DNA of 64,000 nucleotides. Origin: an uncultured Methylomirabilota bacterium. Its GTDB lineage: Bacteria > Methylomirabilota > Methylomirabilia > Methylomirabilales > 2-02-FULL-66-22. A program made the translations under genes and the position numbers. The DNA is taken from the NCBI GenBank assembly GCA_963705305.1, contig OY970067.1, forward strand, positions 1,248,001 through 1,312,000. Direction: 5' to 3'. The notes under the pieces were generated by a model. That model was not told the origin of the DNA. It saw only the letters and a program-made list of their open reading frames with translations, and searched no databases. Each line of letters starts with the position of its first letter. Within the stretch, counting starts at the first letter, position 1. Shown here one piece after another: positions 19,889-30,851 of the stretch.

Positions 19889-21135
19889 TGACCTCCGCAA
19901 ATATTCTCGTACATGAGTCACGCCACCAACCGCTCGAGGCCATACTCGTGGTGCAGGCCGCCAAGAATCGATCGCGCCACGACCCGCATGTCTCGCGGGA
20001 GATGATGCCCGGCGATCGGCGCGACCGGGAGCCCGGGCGGCGGGGCCGGCAAACCGGGCCCGAGGGATGGATGAGGGCGGCCCCGGTTATACTGGACTTG
20101 CCACAAGCGAAGCACGCGGCGCACGTGCTCCTCCCCGAACGGGATCAGGAACTCCAAGCATTCCCGGCGTAGAGAACCCAGCAGTCGCTCGCAGGGCGCG
20201 TTCGCCGTCGGCGCCTGGGCGGGCGTTCGGAGGACCCGGACGCCCATCGCGGGCACCACGGCATCGAGCCCCGCCGAATAGATGCTGTCCCAGTCATGGA
20301 GGATGAACCGATAGGCGTGCGGTGCGGCGAGGATCTCCCGGAACTGCTGTAAGGTCCACGCGGCAGTCGGGTGGGCGGTAACATTGACGTGCACGAGCCG
20401 GCGGCTGCCCACCTCAAGCGCCACGAAGACGTAGAGGACTCGGAACGTTGCGGTCACCGCGACGCAGAAGTCGCAGGCAACGACGGCGTGGGCGTGGTTG
20501 CGGACGAAGGTGGGCCACCGCTGCCCGCTTGCGCCGACCGGGTCCCCGTCCCCGCCCCTCGCGCGGTCCAGGTCCCGGCGGACGGTGCGGGGCGACACCC
20601 GGATCCCAAGCTTGAGCAGCAACTCCGCCGCAATCCGCTCTTCGCCCCACGTCGGATTGTCCCGGGCCATGGCGGCGATCAGGCGTTGCAGCTCCGCGGG
20701 GAGCGGGGGGCGTCCCGGGCGCGACCGCCAGCGCCAGAGCAGGCGGAACGCCTGGCGGTGCCAGCGGATCAGGGTGGCCGGCTGGACGATCGTGAGCGCC
20801 TCGCGCCAGGCGAACCATCGCGCGAGGAGGACGAGCGTGAGCCGGAGCGGGTCCGACGCCCGCCGGGGGTTCCCCGGCCGCTCGCGGTAGAGGGCCAGCT
20901 GTTTCCGGAGGAAAAGATTCTCGGCGGCCAGGCCGTCCGCGATCGGAGGCTGGTCTGCACGAACCGCACGAGATCGATCGCGAGCCCGACCAGAACGCGG
21001 GCACAGTGACCGCATGGCTGTAGAGGTTGCATAAGCTCGGATTCCCCTCTTTCAGGCGTGAATTGGTGATACCAATGAGGGCGGGGAAGTTTAGCAGGGC
21101 GGCGCGGGGTGCGGATCAATTATTTGCGGACGACA
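19889..21135 (-). mobile_element. IS with rve integrase-core transposase (IS3/IS481-like), frameshifted near the 5' end
   Basis: ORF 19918-21015 (WGEERI..EL.KLGI, ACDF, HD.DS.Y, ER..GSLRRECL); imperfect IRs TGACCTCCGCAAATATT / TGTCGTCCGCAAATAAT; no TSD seen. Confidence 0.8.
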
Positions 21136-21343
21136 GGACCGACATAGGGATGGTCACCACCAGCGAGTAGGGCAGGATGTACAGGAAGAGCCGGAGGACC
21201 GTCCAGATCCCGACGCCCTTGTTGACGATCAACTCGACCAGGCGAAGGATGTTATTCGTCAGAAGGACGAAGGTGAAAATCATGAGGCCGAGGCCGAAGG
21301 CCATCCCCATCTCTTTCAGCATGGCGCGATCTATGAGCGTCAT
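21136..21343 (-). pseudogene. lptF: LPS export permease LptF 5' fragment truncated by the IS
   Basis: LIDR..LKE....F.LGL.IFTFVLL...ILRLVELIVNKGV......LFLYILP..LVVTIPMSVL; ends exactly at the IS IR. Confidence 0.8.
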
Positions 21344-22058
21344 GTCGATTCCCCATGCTCAGGCCGAAGATGCGCGGAGATTCTATTTATGAAATTGGGG
21401 GTGGGCCAACAGTTTCTTGATGTATTTCTTTGATGTAATGTTGCAGTAATGTTCCTGCAAGGTTTCGTGCTCCCGGTGAGGTGGTTCATTTGTGAGGAAC
21501 GCGGCGGTGGAGCGACCGACCGGAGGCCAGCTAGCTGGACCAGACTTGGCGCCCGATCAATGTTATGCCTGCCGGCACATGGGGGTCTTTGAGCGCACCT
21601 TCCCTTCTATCCAGCCGGATTCTATTTGGAAGACAGGAGATTCACCCTTCATGGGGGAGCCATGCGGGACTCGAATGTGCAACCGCGCGGTGCGCTACGC
21701 CAGCAGGCCGCGGTGGCTGGGGAGCGCCAGGGGTAGTGGCTCGCGCTCCCCGCCGTTGGGTGCCGGGGTGGGAAGCAATCGAGAGGAGAACCAGGGTCGC
21801 ACGCGGTGATTTTGTATCACTCCCAGGAGGTCTTCTTGCTATCTCTCCACGTTTTCTGTATTCTCGATTCGCTACAGGCATCGGGCTGAAAGGCGCTGTG
21901 TGGTCGCCGGCCCTGGAGCCCCTCTTCCCGCACCTGGCGCGACGGCGCCTCGACCGGGGGGCTGCAGAGCCCTTGAGACATCCACCGAGGGCGGGTCAGG
22001 GGAAGGGCCAATCGCGCGTCCCAAGGCGTACCGATACCGAGGAGAGCGAGGAAGCAGC

Positions 22059-22310
22059 ATGACGATGAAGGCCGCCGCTCGCCACGCATTGTTGGGGTGC
22101 CTGGTGTTGTTGCTGGTGGCACCGCCCGGCGCCCTGGCGCAGGCTCCCCCCCCGCCCCCCGCGGGTGCCCCGGCTCCGCCGACCTTCTACGCGGAAGAGC
22201 TGGATCAGCTCCTGGCGCCGATTGCCCTGTATCCCGATGCCCTCCTGGCGCAGATCCTGATGGCGGCCACCTACCCGCTGGAGGTGGTCGAGGCCGCCCG
22301 CTGGGTCCGC
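22059..22310 (+). pseudogene. DUF3300-family protein N-terminal fragment
   Basis: Signal peptide then ELDQLLAPIALYPDALLAQILMAATYPLEVVEAARW; cut off by IS701 sequence. Confidence 0.8.
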
Positions 22311-22670
22311 CCCGGCCAAGTACTGGGTGGCCGACCTCCGCGGCGAGCCCCTGGGCCTCCGCCGGCTCGTGCCCCTGGCGAAAGGTCGCTGGCGGATCGA
22401 GCAGGAGTTCCGGGAGTTGAAGGACGAACTCGGGCTCGATCACTTCGAGAGCCGCTCCCGGACCGGCTGGCATCACCACGTGACCCTCGTGAGCATGGTG
22501 TACACGTTCCTCATGCTCGAGCGGGCCCGCGCCAAAAAAACCTCGCAGCCGACGTTGCCCCAGATCCGGCGGCAGCTCCAGCAGCTGCTCCTCCAGCTGG
22601 GTGAGTGGTGTCCGTAGTGTGGTTCGCGGTTAGAGTGCGACACGTCATATACTTAACGTAGTAATACTGG
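22311..22670 (+). pseudogene. IS701-family transposase C-terminal fragment
   Basis: AK.RWRIEQ.F.ELKDELGLDHFE.RS..GWHHHVTL motif. Confidence 0.85.
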
Positions 22671-22699
22671 CCCCTTGCGGGCGGAAAGGATGGCCGAAC

Positions 22700-23365
22700 T
22701 TGGTGCAAGCATCAGGGATCTCCGCAGAGGCGATGGCGCTCCTCAAAGAAGCGACAACAGGCATGGTCAACGATGCCTTGGCCCTGGCTGGGATCCAGGG
22801 CAGCGTGGTCGGCATTCGGCCGGCTCGCGGCTTCGAGGACACCAAGATTATCGGGCCTGCCTCGACGGTCTTTCTAGCCCCGCCGCATCCGGATACGCCG
22901 GCGGCCAGCATGTACGGCACGATCCGGGAGCAGACGGCGGGGAACGTGCTTGTCATCGATGGGGGCGGATGGGACGCCAACTTCACGGGGGATAACAACG
23001 GGGAATGCGCCCGGCGCCAGGGCTTAGTTGGGGTCATCGTGAACGGCGGCGCGCGAGATGTGGCCGGATTCCGGGCCATCGGGTTCCCGCTCTTCTGCAG
23101 GGGACCGGAAACGCGTATTGGAAAAGTTCAGATCACCGGGGTCAATCTCCCCATCGAGGTGGGGGGAGTGACCATCCGGCCGGGGGACATCATCGTGGCC
23201 GATGAGGATGGTGTTGTGTCTATTCCGGCCAGTCAACTTTCGGCGGTCCTCGGCCATCTGCCGACCATTTTCGATGTGGAACGCGGCATGGAAAACGCCC
23301 TCAAGCGGCACGCGCCGGTGCCGGAGATCACCGCGATATTGGCTCGGAAAAAGCCGAGGAATTAA
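22700..23365 (+). CDS. RraA-like / HMG aldolase family protein
   Basis: T..V.DAL, GPAST, VLVID, G.ARD and PGDIIVADEDGVV motifs. Confidence 0.88.
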   Translation: MVQASGISAEAMALLKEATTGMVNDALALAGIQGSVVGIRPARGFEDTKIIGPASTVFLAPPHPDTPAASMYGTIREQTAGNVLVIDGGGWDANFTGDNNGECARRQGLVGVIVNGGARDVAGFRAIGFPLFCRGPETRIGKVQITGVNLPIEVGGVTIRPGDIIVADEDGVVSIPASQLSAVLGHLPTIFDVERGMENALKRHAPVPEITAILARKKPRN

Positions 23366-23675
23366 GCCGGCTAGTCATCCGCCTGGAGAGGAGCCTTGGA
23401 CGTGGGCGAAGCTAGGGCGAGCACTTCCGGGCCGGGACCGGGTCGTGTGCGGAATCGGACAACCGTGGGATTCGTTGCCCTTCGGGTCGGGGAATCCGTG
23501 ATTGAACGGGCGTCTCAGAGGGAAAGGGGGAGGAAACGAGGCGACACTTGTTCGTGGCGAGCGTGATCCTGACCGTAGCGGTCCTGATTGCCATGGCCCT
23601 CGTCGTTCCCTAAATTGATTGAAAGAGCGACAACCACGACGAACGAAAGGCGGATAGAGGCAGGGGAGGAAACCG

Positions 23676-24866
23676 ATGCGATACGACCTACTCCTAAAAA
23701 ACGGAACGGTGATAGACCCGAAGAACAATCGATACGAGCGGCTGGACGTCGCCGTACGGGACGGTCGAATTGCCGCGGTTCAGAAAGTGATTGCTGAGGC
23801 AGATGCGGTAGAGGTCATCGATGTCGCCGGCCGATTTATTACGCCGGGTCTCATCGACGCCCACCTGCATGTCTACTGCAATTCCTGCGATTTGGGCATG
23901 CATACGGACATCATATGCGCGCCCAGCGGTGTCACGACGGTGTGCGACGGAGGGAGCGCGGGTGCCCTTGCATTTCCGGGATTCCGAGAGTTGATCGAAC
24001 GCGCGCTCCGTGTCCGCTGCAAAGCGTTCCTCAATCTCTCCTTGATCGGCATCACAGGTGTCGAGGTGGCGGGCGAATTGACCAACCCAAAGTACGCCGA
24101 TCGCGAAGCTTGCGTTCGCACAATCTGTCAAAACCGCGATCTCCTCATCGGAGTGAAACTGCGGTTGGGACCCGACGTCACTTGGAACCCCTTGGAAGCC
24201 CTGCGGGTCGCCCGCGCAACCGCGGATGCCGCCGACGTGCCCCTCATGGTACATGTGACGAATTGCCCGTTGCCGCTCCCCACCGTGCTGGAGCATCTTA
24301 GATCCGGGGACGTGTTGACCCACCCCTTTCACAACTTCACGCATGGCATCCTGAATCAGGCGCGCACGGCTATTCTCGAACCGGTGTGGGAAGCGCAAAA
24401 ACGAGGCGTGTGGTTTGACTCGGCGCATGGGCGCATGGGCCATTTCAACTTCGGCATCGTCCGGAAGGCGCTCGACCTTGGCTTCCTGCCGGACGTGATC
24501 ACGACCGATCTGAGCCTTCCGAGTGCGTTGTCTGGGCCTGTTTTCGACTTGGCTACGACTATGTCTAAGTTTCTCGCTCTCGGCATGCCGCTGCCAGAGA
24601 TCATTTTGCGCACTACTGCTAATCCTGCGAAATTGCTAGGGCTGGCAGGCGAGCTAGGCCATCTGAGCGTCGGCGCACTTGGAGACATCGCGATCCTCGA
24701 GGTGCAGGATGGTGAGTTCGAGTTCACGGATACCGACAATAATACCATGAAAGGGCAGAAACATATCATAGCGGTTCAGACGTTCAAACAGGGGCGCATG
24801 TGGTATCGAGCGGGGGAAAAAGCAGGGGCAACGAACCGGAAGAGGCGAGCTTTCCTGGCCTTCTAA
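23676..24866 (+). CDS. Amidohydrolase/deacetylase, dihydroorotase-like metallohydrolase
   Basis: PGLIDAHLH, GVTT..DGGSAG, GVKLR, MVH, GDVLTH and ITTD motifs. Confidence 0.9.
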   Translation: MRYDLLLKNGTVIDPKNNRYERLDVAVRDGRIAAVQKVIAEADAVEVIDVAGRFITPGLIDAHLHVYCNSCDLGMHTDIICAPSGVTTVCDGGSAGALAFPGFRELIERALRVRCKAFLNLSLIGITGVEVAGELTNPKYADREACVRTICQNRDLLIGVKLRLGPDVTWNPLEALRVARATADAADVPLMVHVTNCPLPLPTVLEHLRSGDVLTHPFHNFTHGILNQARTAILEPVWEAQKRGVWFDSAHGRMGHFNFGIVRKALDLGFLPDVITTDLSLPSALSGPVFDLATTMSKFLALGMPLPEIILRTTANPAKLLGLAGELGHLSVGALGDIAILEVQDGEFEFTDTDNNTMKGQKHIIAVQTFKQGRMWYRAGEKAGATNRKRRAFLAF

Positions 24867-25099
24867 GAAAACCGACTGCCCGGTGACAGGCACGAGTTGG
24901 AAGCCGAGGGCCCGGGCTTGTGCATGGAGTCGTGACTCCGTTCGCTGGCGGTATACACGTTCTGCCTGCGCGAGCTAGCTCCCGGCGTACAGGCCTCGCC
25001 CGTGGCCAGCAGCTGGCAGACGATCCCTGCACTTGTGGGCGGTAGCAATGACCGCCTGGGGGGTGCCGAGTGCGCGCAGCCTCCAATTGTGTTGAAGCT

Positions 25100-25945
25100 T
25101 CAAGTTGTCATTGGAACCCGGACATTCGGGACACCACAAAGCAGCCGCACAGCGTTCCCTCGCAGGATTGCCTCAGCAACAGCAGGGGCAAGATTAAAGC
25201 ATTCCACAGCTACTGCCAGCTTCTTCAAATTTACCTCTGCGTTCAGCGTGGGGCCATCACTGCCAAAGAGAACGCGGTTCGCGCCTAACTGCGCTGTGGA
25301 AGACACAAAAATAGCCTCAGGTTGGTCTGCGGTCTGTGAGGTGTCCAGATAAACATTCGGTGTTTCTTTGACAATGGATGGAACGCGGGTGCAAAGATCC
25401 TGATCCAATCCAAAGTGACCCAATATGATCTTAGCTTTAGGGAAAATACGAGCCAGCGCTACAATCTCATATGGCGAGCATACCTTGGAGTTGAAATCTG
25501 AATGAATAAACATGAAAACACCGGTGGCCTCAACCTCGGCCATCAGCTGCTCCATCACCGCACCCCCCAAGCTGTACCGCCCATGCAGGTCCGGATGCAT
25601 CTTGATTCCGCTTACACCGCCTCGAAGGCACCGATGGAACTCCTCGATTGCGAAATCCCCGTGGGCCGGTGTAACCGTGCACATGCCCACCAAACGCTCG
25701 GGGCACTCCTTTAACGCGCTAATGATATAGTCATTCGCTCTCCGGAATTGATCATGATCAAGCAGTCCCGTCACAAACGGGCATACGACGGCCCGCGAAA
25801 TTCCGTCACGGTCCATTCGCGCTAAGGCATTAGCGAGCGGGTACTCCTTTCCCTGATACACGCCAATGTGCGAGTGAATATCAAAAATGTCGGTCCATTT
25901 TCCCTGGTCCCTTCCGTTGAACAAAGCAGATTCTGCACCATTCAT
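25100..25945 (-). CDS. Amidohydrolase_2 family TIM-barrel metallohydrolase
   Basis: DIHSH, GIKMHP, ILGHFG, YLDTS and FGSD motifs; ATG 25945 after AAGGAG. Confidence 0.88.
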   Translation of the reverse strand: MNGAESALFNGRDQGKWTDIFDIHSHIGVYQGKEYPLANALARMDRDGISRAVVCPFVTGLLDHDQFRRANDYIISALKECPERLVGMCTVTPAHGDFAIEEFHRCLRGGVSGIKMHPDLHGRYSLGGAVMEQLMAEVEATGVFMFIHSDFNSKVCSPYEIVALARIFPKAKIILGHFGLDQDLCTRVPSIVKETPNVYLDTSQTADQPEAIFVSSTAQLGANRVLFGSDGPTLNAEVNLKKLAVAVECFNLAPAVAEAILRGNAVRLLCGVPNVRVPMTT

Positions 25946-25964
25946 TTTCGACGCTCCTTCGCCT

Positions 25965-26800
25965 ACCTCCCCTCCCAAGAGTGTCAAGGGAGCGGGAACT
26001 CCGGACAGTAATGGTCGATCTTTGCGATGTGCATCCACGTCATCCGAAAGTCGAACGCCCAATGAATAGTCACCTTCACTTTGTTGCTCATACCATCTAG
26101 CCCGGCGCCGGCGAACCGGAGGCCGGTCCACGCTGAGATACCATCGAGCTATGCTTGGAGGGACCTTGCCATCTTCACGAACGGGGCAGCTTGCTGTATA
26201 GCCTGCCCGCTGGAGCCCTCGTTGAATCGATAGTTCCAGAACCGCCGGGGCACCCCTTGAGCAGTGGCGCCCGCACGATGGGCGGTTTAGGTGGAGGGCC
26301 CCCCGGGAAACGAGTTCGCTCTGTCCTCATATTCTCTGAGTTCTTCAGCCAGAGGGGCCACATACGCGTGCAGGTGGGCCACTCGGGCTCCGCCAGCTGC
26401 CGCCACATCTCCCGGTGGGTGGGTCACCCGCTGCCACTTCTCGACCCAGGGCACTCGCTTGCACCCAAAGGCCACAAATCAGACACCTCACCCCCCGCGG
26501 GGCGTAGACGAGCTAGAGAGGCTGGTGCCCTGAGGTGAGTCCCTACCCGCGATACCCGTGGCTGCGGATCGACGTCACCTTGGGGCCGGGCAGGCATTCG
26601 ATGTGGGCAATCAGACCTCCATTAAGGAGCTCCTCGGTCTATGCCTCGGTATGCTCTTTCGTTCCGAGCAATTTCCCGTTAAGCCCTTCCAAGCCCATCG
26701 GGTCTGGACCTCCGCTCTCTCGATAGCGATTTCAGAGAAGGATGACCAACCCACCCTCGCCATTCTCCTCTTTGTCACTACACCTTCAGACAGTTTAGGG
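25965..26800 (-). pseudogene. Degenerate, internally deleted ISL3 copy
   Basis: 25970-26100 aligns by eye with the 3' end of the ISL3 at 40474-40600; EKWQRVTH matches EKWQRATH; 26600-26760 matches its 5' region. Confidence 0.7.
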
Positions 26801-26825
26801 TAGCATCCCATTATTCATGCAGTCC

Positions 26826-28094
26826 TCACTCTTTCATAAGGCGTTCCATTTGGGCCGCTGCCTCATCCAGAAGAGGTTTAGGTTGGCCCTTCCCGTAAAG
26901 GACCGTCTCGACGGCCTTACCGAAAATCGCGGCCAGTTCCAACGTCCTGGGGTGGTTGTAAGCGGGAGCTGCGGGCCGGGATAGCATCTCCTTGGTTGAG
27001 AGGTAGTCAGGTCGTGCCTTCATGTATGCCGACTCCAGATTTACCTTCCACGTTGGTATGAGCCCGTCGAGTTCATGCTGCTCTAGATCATCTTTCGCGT
27101 TGCTAATAAACCGCAGGTAGTCCCAGGCTATCTGCTTATTTGGACTATTCTTGTACACCATAACCGAAAACGGAAAGAGCGATCCTGGGCCAGGACAGAC
27201 CTTCCCGCAGGGGAGTGGGTGGACTCTCATAGAGATGTCGGGTGCGTTCTTTTCGACCCAACCATAGAACCAGGACTCTCGGGTAATCATAGCGGCACGC
27301 TTGTGGGTGAAGGCATCCGCTGGCATGCCGAAGGTGAGGCTTGACACTTTCTCCTTGTTCACTAAATCGCCAAAGAACTGGAGAGCAGCTACCATCTCTG
27401 GACTATTGGCAAAGCCCAATGCTTTTTTACAGTCCGGACTCAACAGGCGCGCGCCGAAGGCATGCGCGAATGGGAGGAACTTGTCCGTAATCCCTTCCGG
27501 ACTGCTCATATAACGTACTCCGTATCCAACTTGGACGGGTTCCCCTTTGGTATCATAAATGGTAAGCTTCTTCATGTCCGCGACCCATTCATCGAGTTTC
27601 TTTATCTGCTTGTCTGGATTAAGGCCTGCCTTTTGAAACATCCCAGCGTTAATATACAGTTGTTGGAAATTGCCGCCTTCCATCGGCATTCCGTACCAAA
27701 TGTCCTTACTCTGACCCGCAGGATCTAAGTAACTAAAGACATTCTCTTCCAACCTCTTTGCCAGGTCTGGAGGCATCTTGTCGCAAAAATCGTACTGTCC
27801 ACACCAGCCGAAGGTATTCCCGATGAAAATGTCCGGAGCATTCGTCCTGCCCATCATGGCAGACACGTACTTGGCGTTATACCCCTGTGTCGGAATTATC
27901 ACCGCTTCAACTTCGTACCCGCTTTTCTTGGCGAAGTCCTTGCCCCGTGTTGCGTACCAATGCGCAAAAGTTGGACTCTGTTCGAACATGGTCCACAACA
28001 CAAGCTTCTTCTGCTGCGCAAGGGCAGGATGGACGACACCGATCGCTACTACGGCCAAAATCACAGAAAGCGTCACGCAAACTCGTCGCACCAT
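26826..28094 (-). CDS. Carbohydrate ABC transporter substrate-binding protein
   Basis: Signal peptide, APDI, YGMP, LYIN..MF.KAGL and AWDYLRF motifs. Confidence 0.88.
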   Translation of the reverse strand: MVRRVCVTLSVILAVVAIGVVHPALAQQKKLVLWTMFEQSPTFAHWYATRGKDFAKKSGYEVEAVIIPTQGYNAKYVSAMMGRTNAPDIFIGNTFGWCGQYDFCDKMPPDLAKRLEENVFSYLDPAGQSKDIWYGMPMEGGNFQQLYINAGMFQKAGLNPDKQIKKLDEWVADMKKLTIYDTKGEPVQVGYGVRYMSSPEGITDKFLPFAHAFGARLLSPDCKKALGFANSPEMVAALQFFGDLVNKEKVSSLTFGMPADAFTHKRAAMITRESWFYGWVEKNAPDISMRVHPLPCGKVCPGPGSLFPFSVMVYKNSPNKQIAWDYLRFISNAKDDLEQHELDGLIPTWKVNLESAYMKARPDYLSTKEMLSRPAAPAYNHPRTLELAAIFGKAVETVLYGKGQPKPLLDEAAAQMERLMKE

Positions 28095-28476
28095 TTTATC
28101 CTCCTTCCCACTTGAGTCCATGACCCTCCACCCAACGCGACTTCCATTCCTTGCTCACTCAGGGTAACGTCGCTCGTGGTCGCGCCTGTTACACGCTTAT
28201 TCGCTGAGAAAGTGAGACTGTAGTAATCGGCCCTAGAGTGGTATCTGACGGCGATTCTGTCTGAGCGAGCCTTCCGATCTTGGCCTTGGCGAGGCTCGAC
28301 TCGGGCTCCTCCGAATCGCGGCATCTTCGGAGGTCGTGGTGGCCACCCTCGAGGGTCCGGAGCTGGCATCCGACGGGGCAGCCCGATGCCGTCTTGGGCC
28401 ATGCTTTCCCCGGTACTGGTGTAGTGGAGGCTATGTCATACGGGACCTCCGACGTCGAGCGCGACGAAGCCGAGGA

Positions 28477-29066
28477 AGCCCTGCCCTCTGGGCAGGGGGG
28501 AATCGAATCCTTGCCGGGGGATTATAAAGGGGGCCGGAAGTCCCCTTTATCCTCCTCCTTGATGGCCGGGGGGAGTCGTGGCATACTCGCACTATGGTCT
28601 GGCGAGCGCGCAGCCACGCGAAGTATGACTGCAAGTACCACCTGATCTAGTGCCCGAAACGGCGGCGCCGGCTCGGCGAAGCGGAGCTCCGCGCGTGGGT
28701 GGCGGAGACCTTTCGTGCAATCGCCGAGGAGTTCGGGTTCGCGATCGAGGAACTCGCGGTCGAAGTGGATCATGTCCATCTCTCCCTCGAGTTCCCGCCG
28801 AAATACTCGGTCGCGCGCGTAGTCGGAATTCTCAAGAGCATCTCCGCGAGCCGTGCTTTCCGCCAATTCCCGTGGCTGCGAGCGTGGTTCTGGTCGGGCG
28901 AACTCTGGGAGGACGGCTACGCGGTGCGCACGGTAGGCGACCGGGTTACCGCCGACCTGATCCGCCGGTACATCAAACGCCACGAGGAGGAGCAGGCCAC
29001 CAATCAGCTGCAGCTGTTCTGAGCGACGGCTGACGACGCCCCGCCCTTTGGGCGGAGAGGGTCACT
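28477..29066 (+). mobile_element. tnpA: IS200-type element; tnpA 28594-29022 inactivated by an in-frame TAG
   Basis: H.KYDCKYHLI*CPK, DHVHL (HuH), LW.DGY and YI..H motifs; terminal hairpins GCCCTGCCCTCTGGGCAGGG and GCCCCGCCCTTTGGGCGG. Confidence 0.88.
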
Positions 29067-29560
29067 CGCGAGACCGGCAAGTTTACTGGCGCAAGCATCC
29101 ACCGGTGGGGGCAGCTGCTCGGCCGTGAGTCGTACCTCCGGGCCCCGCGCGTGTTCATCCGCGCGGATGTCGGCGAGCGAAAAGGCGGGCGCCTCCAGAC
29201 GTGGAAGGTGCACTCTCAGACGCTCGCGGATCGGCTCGGGCTTCCGGTGGACGTCTGTCACTACCCGCCACGCACCAGCAAGTGGAACAAGGTGGAGCAC
29301 CCGCTCTTTTCCTTCATCAGCATGCACTGGCGGGGCAGCCCACTCCTCGGTTTCGAGGGCTTCGTCAATCTCAGTGGGCGCACCCGCACTAAGAGGACGC
29401 CCAAGGTCAAATCCGTGCTCCGGACCATCGCCTGCGAGTCGGGCGTGAAGATCGCGGACGACGCAACCCCCCCCTGCCCAGCTCACGCCTCACACGTTCT
29501 ATGGCAGCTGGAACCACACCCATCGGCCGCACCCGACAGCCTAACAATCCGCATCGCAGC
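29067..29560 (+). pseudogene. ISAzo13-family transposase C-terminal fragment
   Basis: WK......AD..GL...VCHYPP.TSKWNKVEH.LFSFIS..WRG.PL motif. Confidence 0.8.
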
Positions 29561-29606
29561 CACTGTCCTCAACATGGCGTTTGTAAATATTTCTATATGA
29601 CAACAC

Positions 29607-30518
29607 CTAACCTTTGAGTCCGCTCATGATCACCGCTCGGACCACCCACTTTTGAAGTACGACGAAAACAATCATGATTGGTACGACACTAATTACCGCC
29701 GCCGCCGTGACTAGGTTATACTCAATATAGTACATGTTCGTGAAACTTATGAGTCCCATGGTCACCACGCGCATTTTCGGTGAATTCACAACAACCAGCG
29801 GCCAAAAGAATGAATTCCAGGTCCACATGAACTTGATGATGGCCAGTGTCGCAATTGCAGGTTTTACACTAGGGAGAATAATGCGCCAAAATATGCCAAT
29901 CTCCCTGCAACCATCAATGCGAGCTGCATCGATATAATCACTAGGTACTGACTCAATACTTTGCCGCATCAGGAAAATGCCAAAAACACTCACTAGATCT
30001 GGCATCAGCAATCCGATGAACGAATCCAAAAGACCGAATCGGCTCGCCCATAAATAGAGGGGAACAACCACTGACTGGAAAGGAACCATCATGATAGAGA
30101 TGATCGCGAAAAAATAAATAGTCTTGCCAGGAAATTTGAATTTCGCAAAACCATATCCTGCCATCGAGCATACCACAACACTACACAGGCATGAGATAGA
30201 GGCGAGGAGTGCACTATTCGCCAAGAACCGAGCAAACGGTTCCTGCCTGAACACTTCGACGTAATTTGCAAAGTTACTCCAGTTCTCAGGTAAAATATGA
30301 AGCGGGACACGTTGGATCTCAGGCGGCGTCTTGACTGAAGTTACAGCCATCCAGAAGAGAGGAAAGATAACAGTTATAGCGCCACAAGCGACCAGGACTA
30401 TGCTGATCCAGTGTGCGAAGACTGAACTAACTTGAACGCGTGATGGCCTATGAGAACCAAGTTGAAAGCGCTTCGCTCGGGCAGTAGCCTTGGGGCAAAA
30501 TAGCCAATGGCCGACCAT
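29607..30518 (-). CDS. Carbohydrate ABC transporter permease (MalG-like)
   Basis: P..WM..TSVK, AGYGFAK and DAARIDG EAA loop; start uncertain. Confidence 0.9.
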   Translation of the reverse strand: MVGHWLFCPKATARAKRFQLGSHRPSRVQVSSVFAHWISIVLVACGAITVIFPLFWMAVTSVKTPPEIQRVPLHILPENWSNFANYVEVFRQEPFARFLANSALLASISCLCSVVVCSMAGYGFAKFKFPGKTIYFFAIISIMMVPFQSVVVPLYLWASRFGLLDSFIGLLMPDLVSVFGIFLMRQSIESVPSDYIDAARIDGCREIGIFWRIILPSVKPAIATLAIIKFMWTWNSFFWPLVVVNSPKMRVVTMGLISFTNMYYIEYNLVTAAAVISVVPIMIVFVVLQKWVVRAVIMSGLKG

Positions 30519-30851
30519 CTTTGCCGCCTCTCCTGACTAGCGAAGCTGTGCCTCAAACCGACGAGTAACTGATTGACAGCGAGGTCGCTTTGATACCGAC
30601 TCTAGCCCGCGGGTCGCCTCCGGTACGCAGGCGCTGAACTCACGACAGCAAGAATACGTTGACGCCCTCGGCGCGGGGGGACGGGTTTTTCGAGCCACCG
30701 ACGCCGTGCTGTCCCGTCCCTGCGATCGGGGATACGAACCGCGAATCTTCACGCTCAGTTCACCCCCGCCCCTTTTGGGGGGAAGGAGGTTTTGCATTGT
30801 CTGGACCCCGTACGCCGACACGTTCGTCCACACCATAACCCTACAAGACGG

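Noticed and set aside
25946..26131. N-terminal extension of the amidohydrolase ORF
   Set aside because: This DNA is the 3' end of a decayed ISL3 copy.
28648..28650. Recoded amber codon in IS200 tnpA
   Set aside because: TAG sits at a conserved Trp (TGG) position, a one-base nonsense change; no recoding evidence.
30540..30850. Group II intron domain V or riboswitch
   Set aside because: No catalytic-triad hairpin or aptamer consensus recognised.
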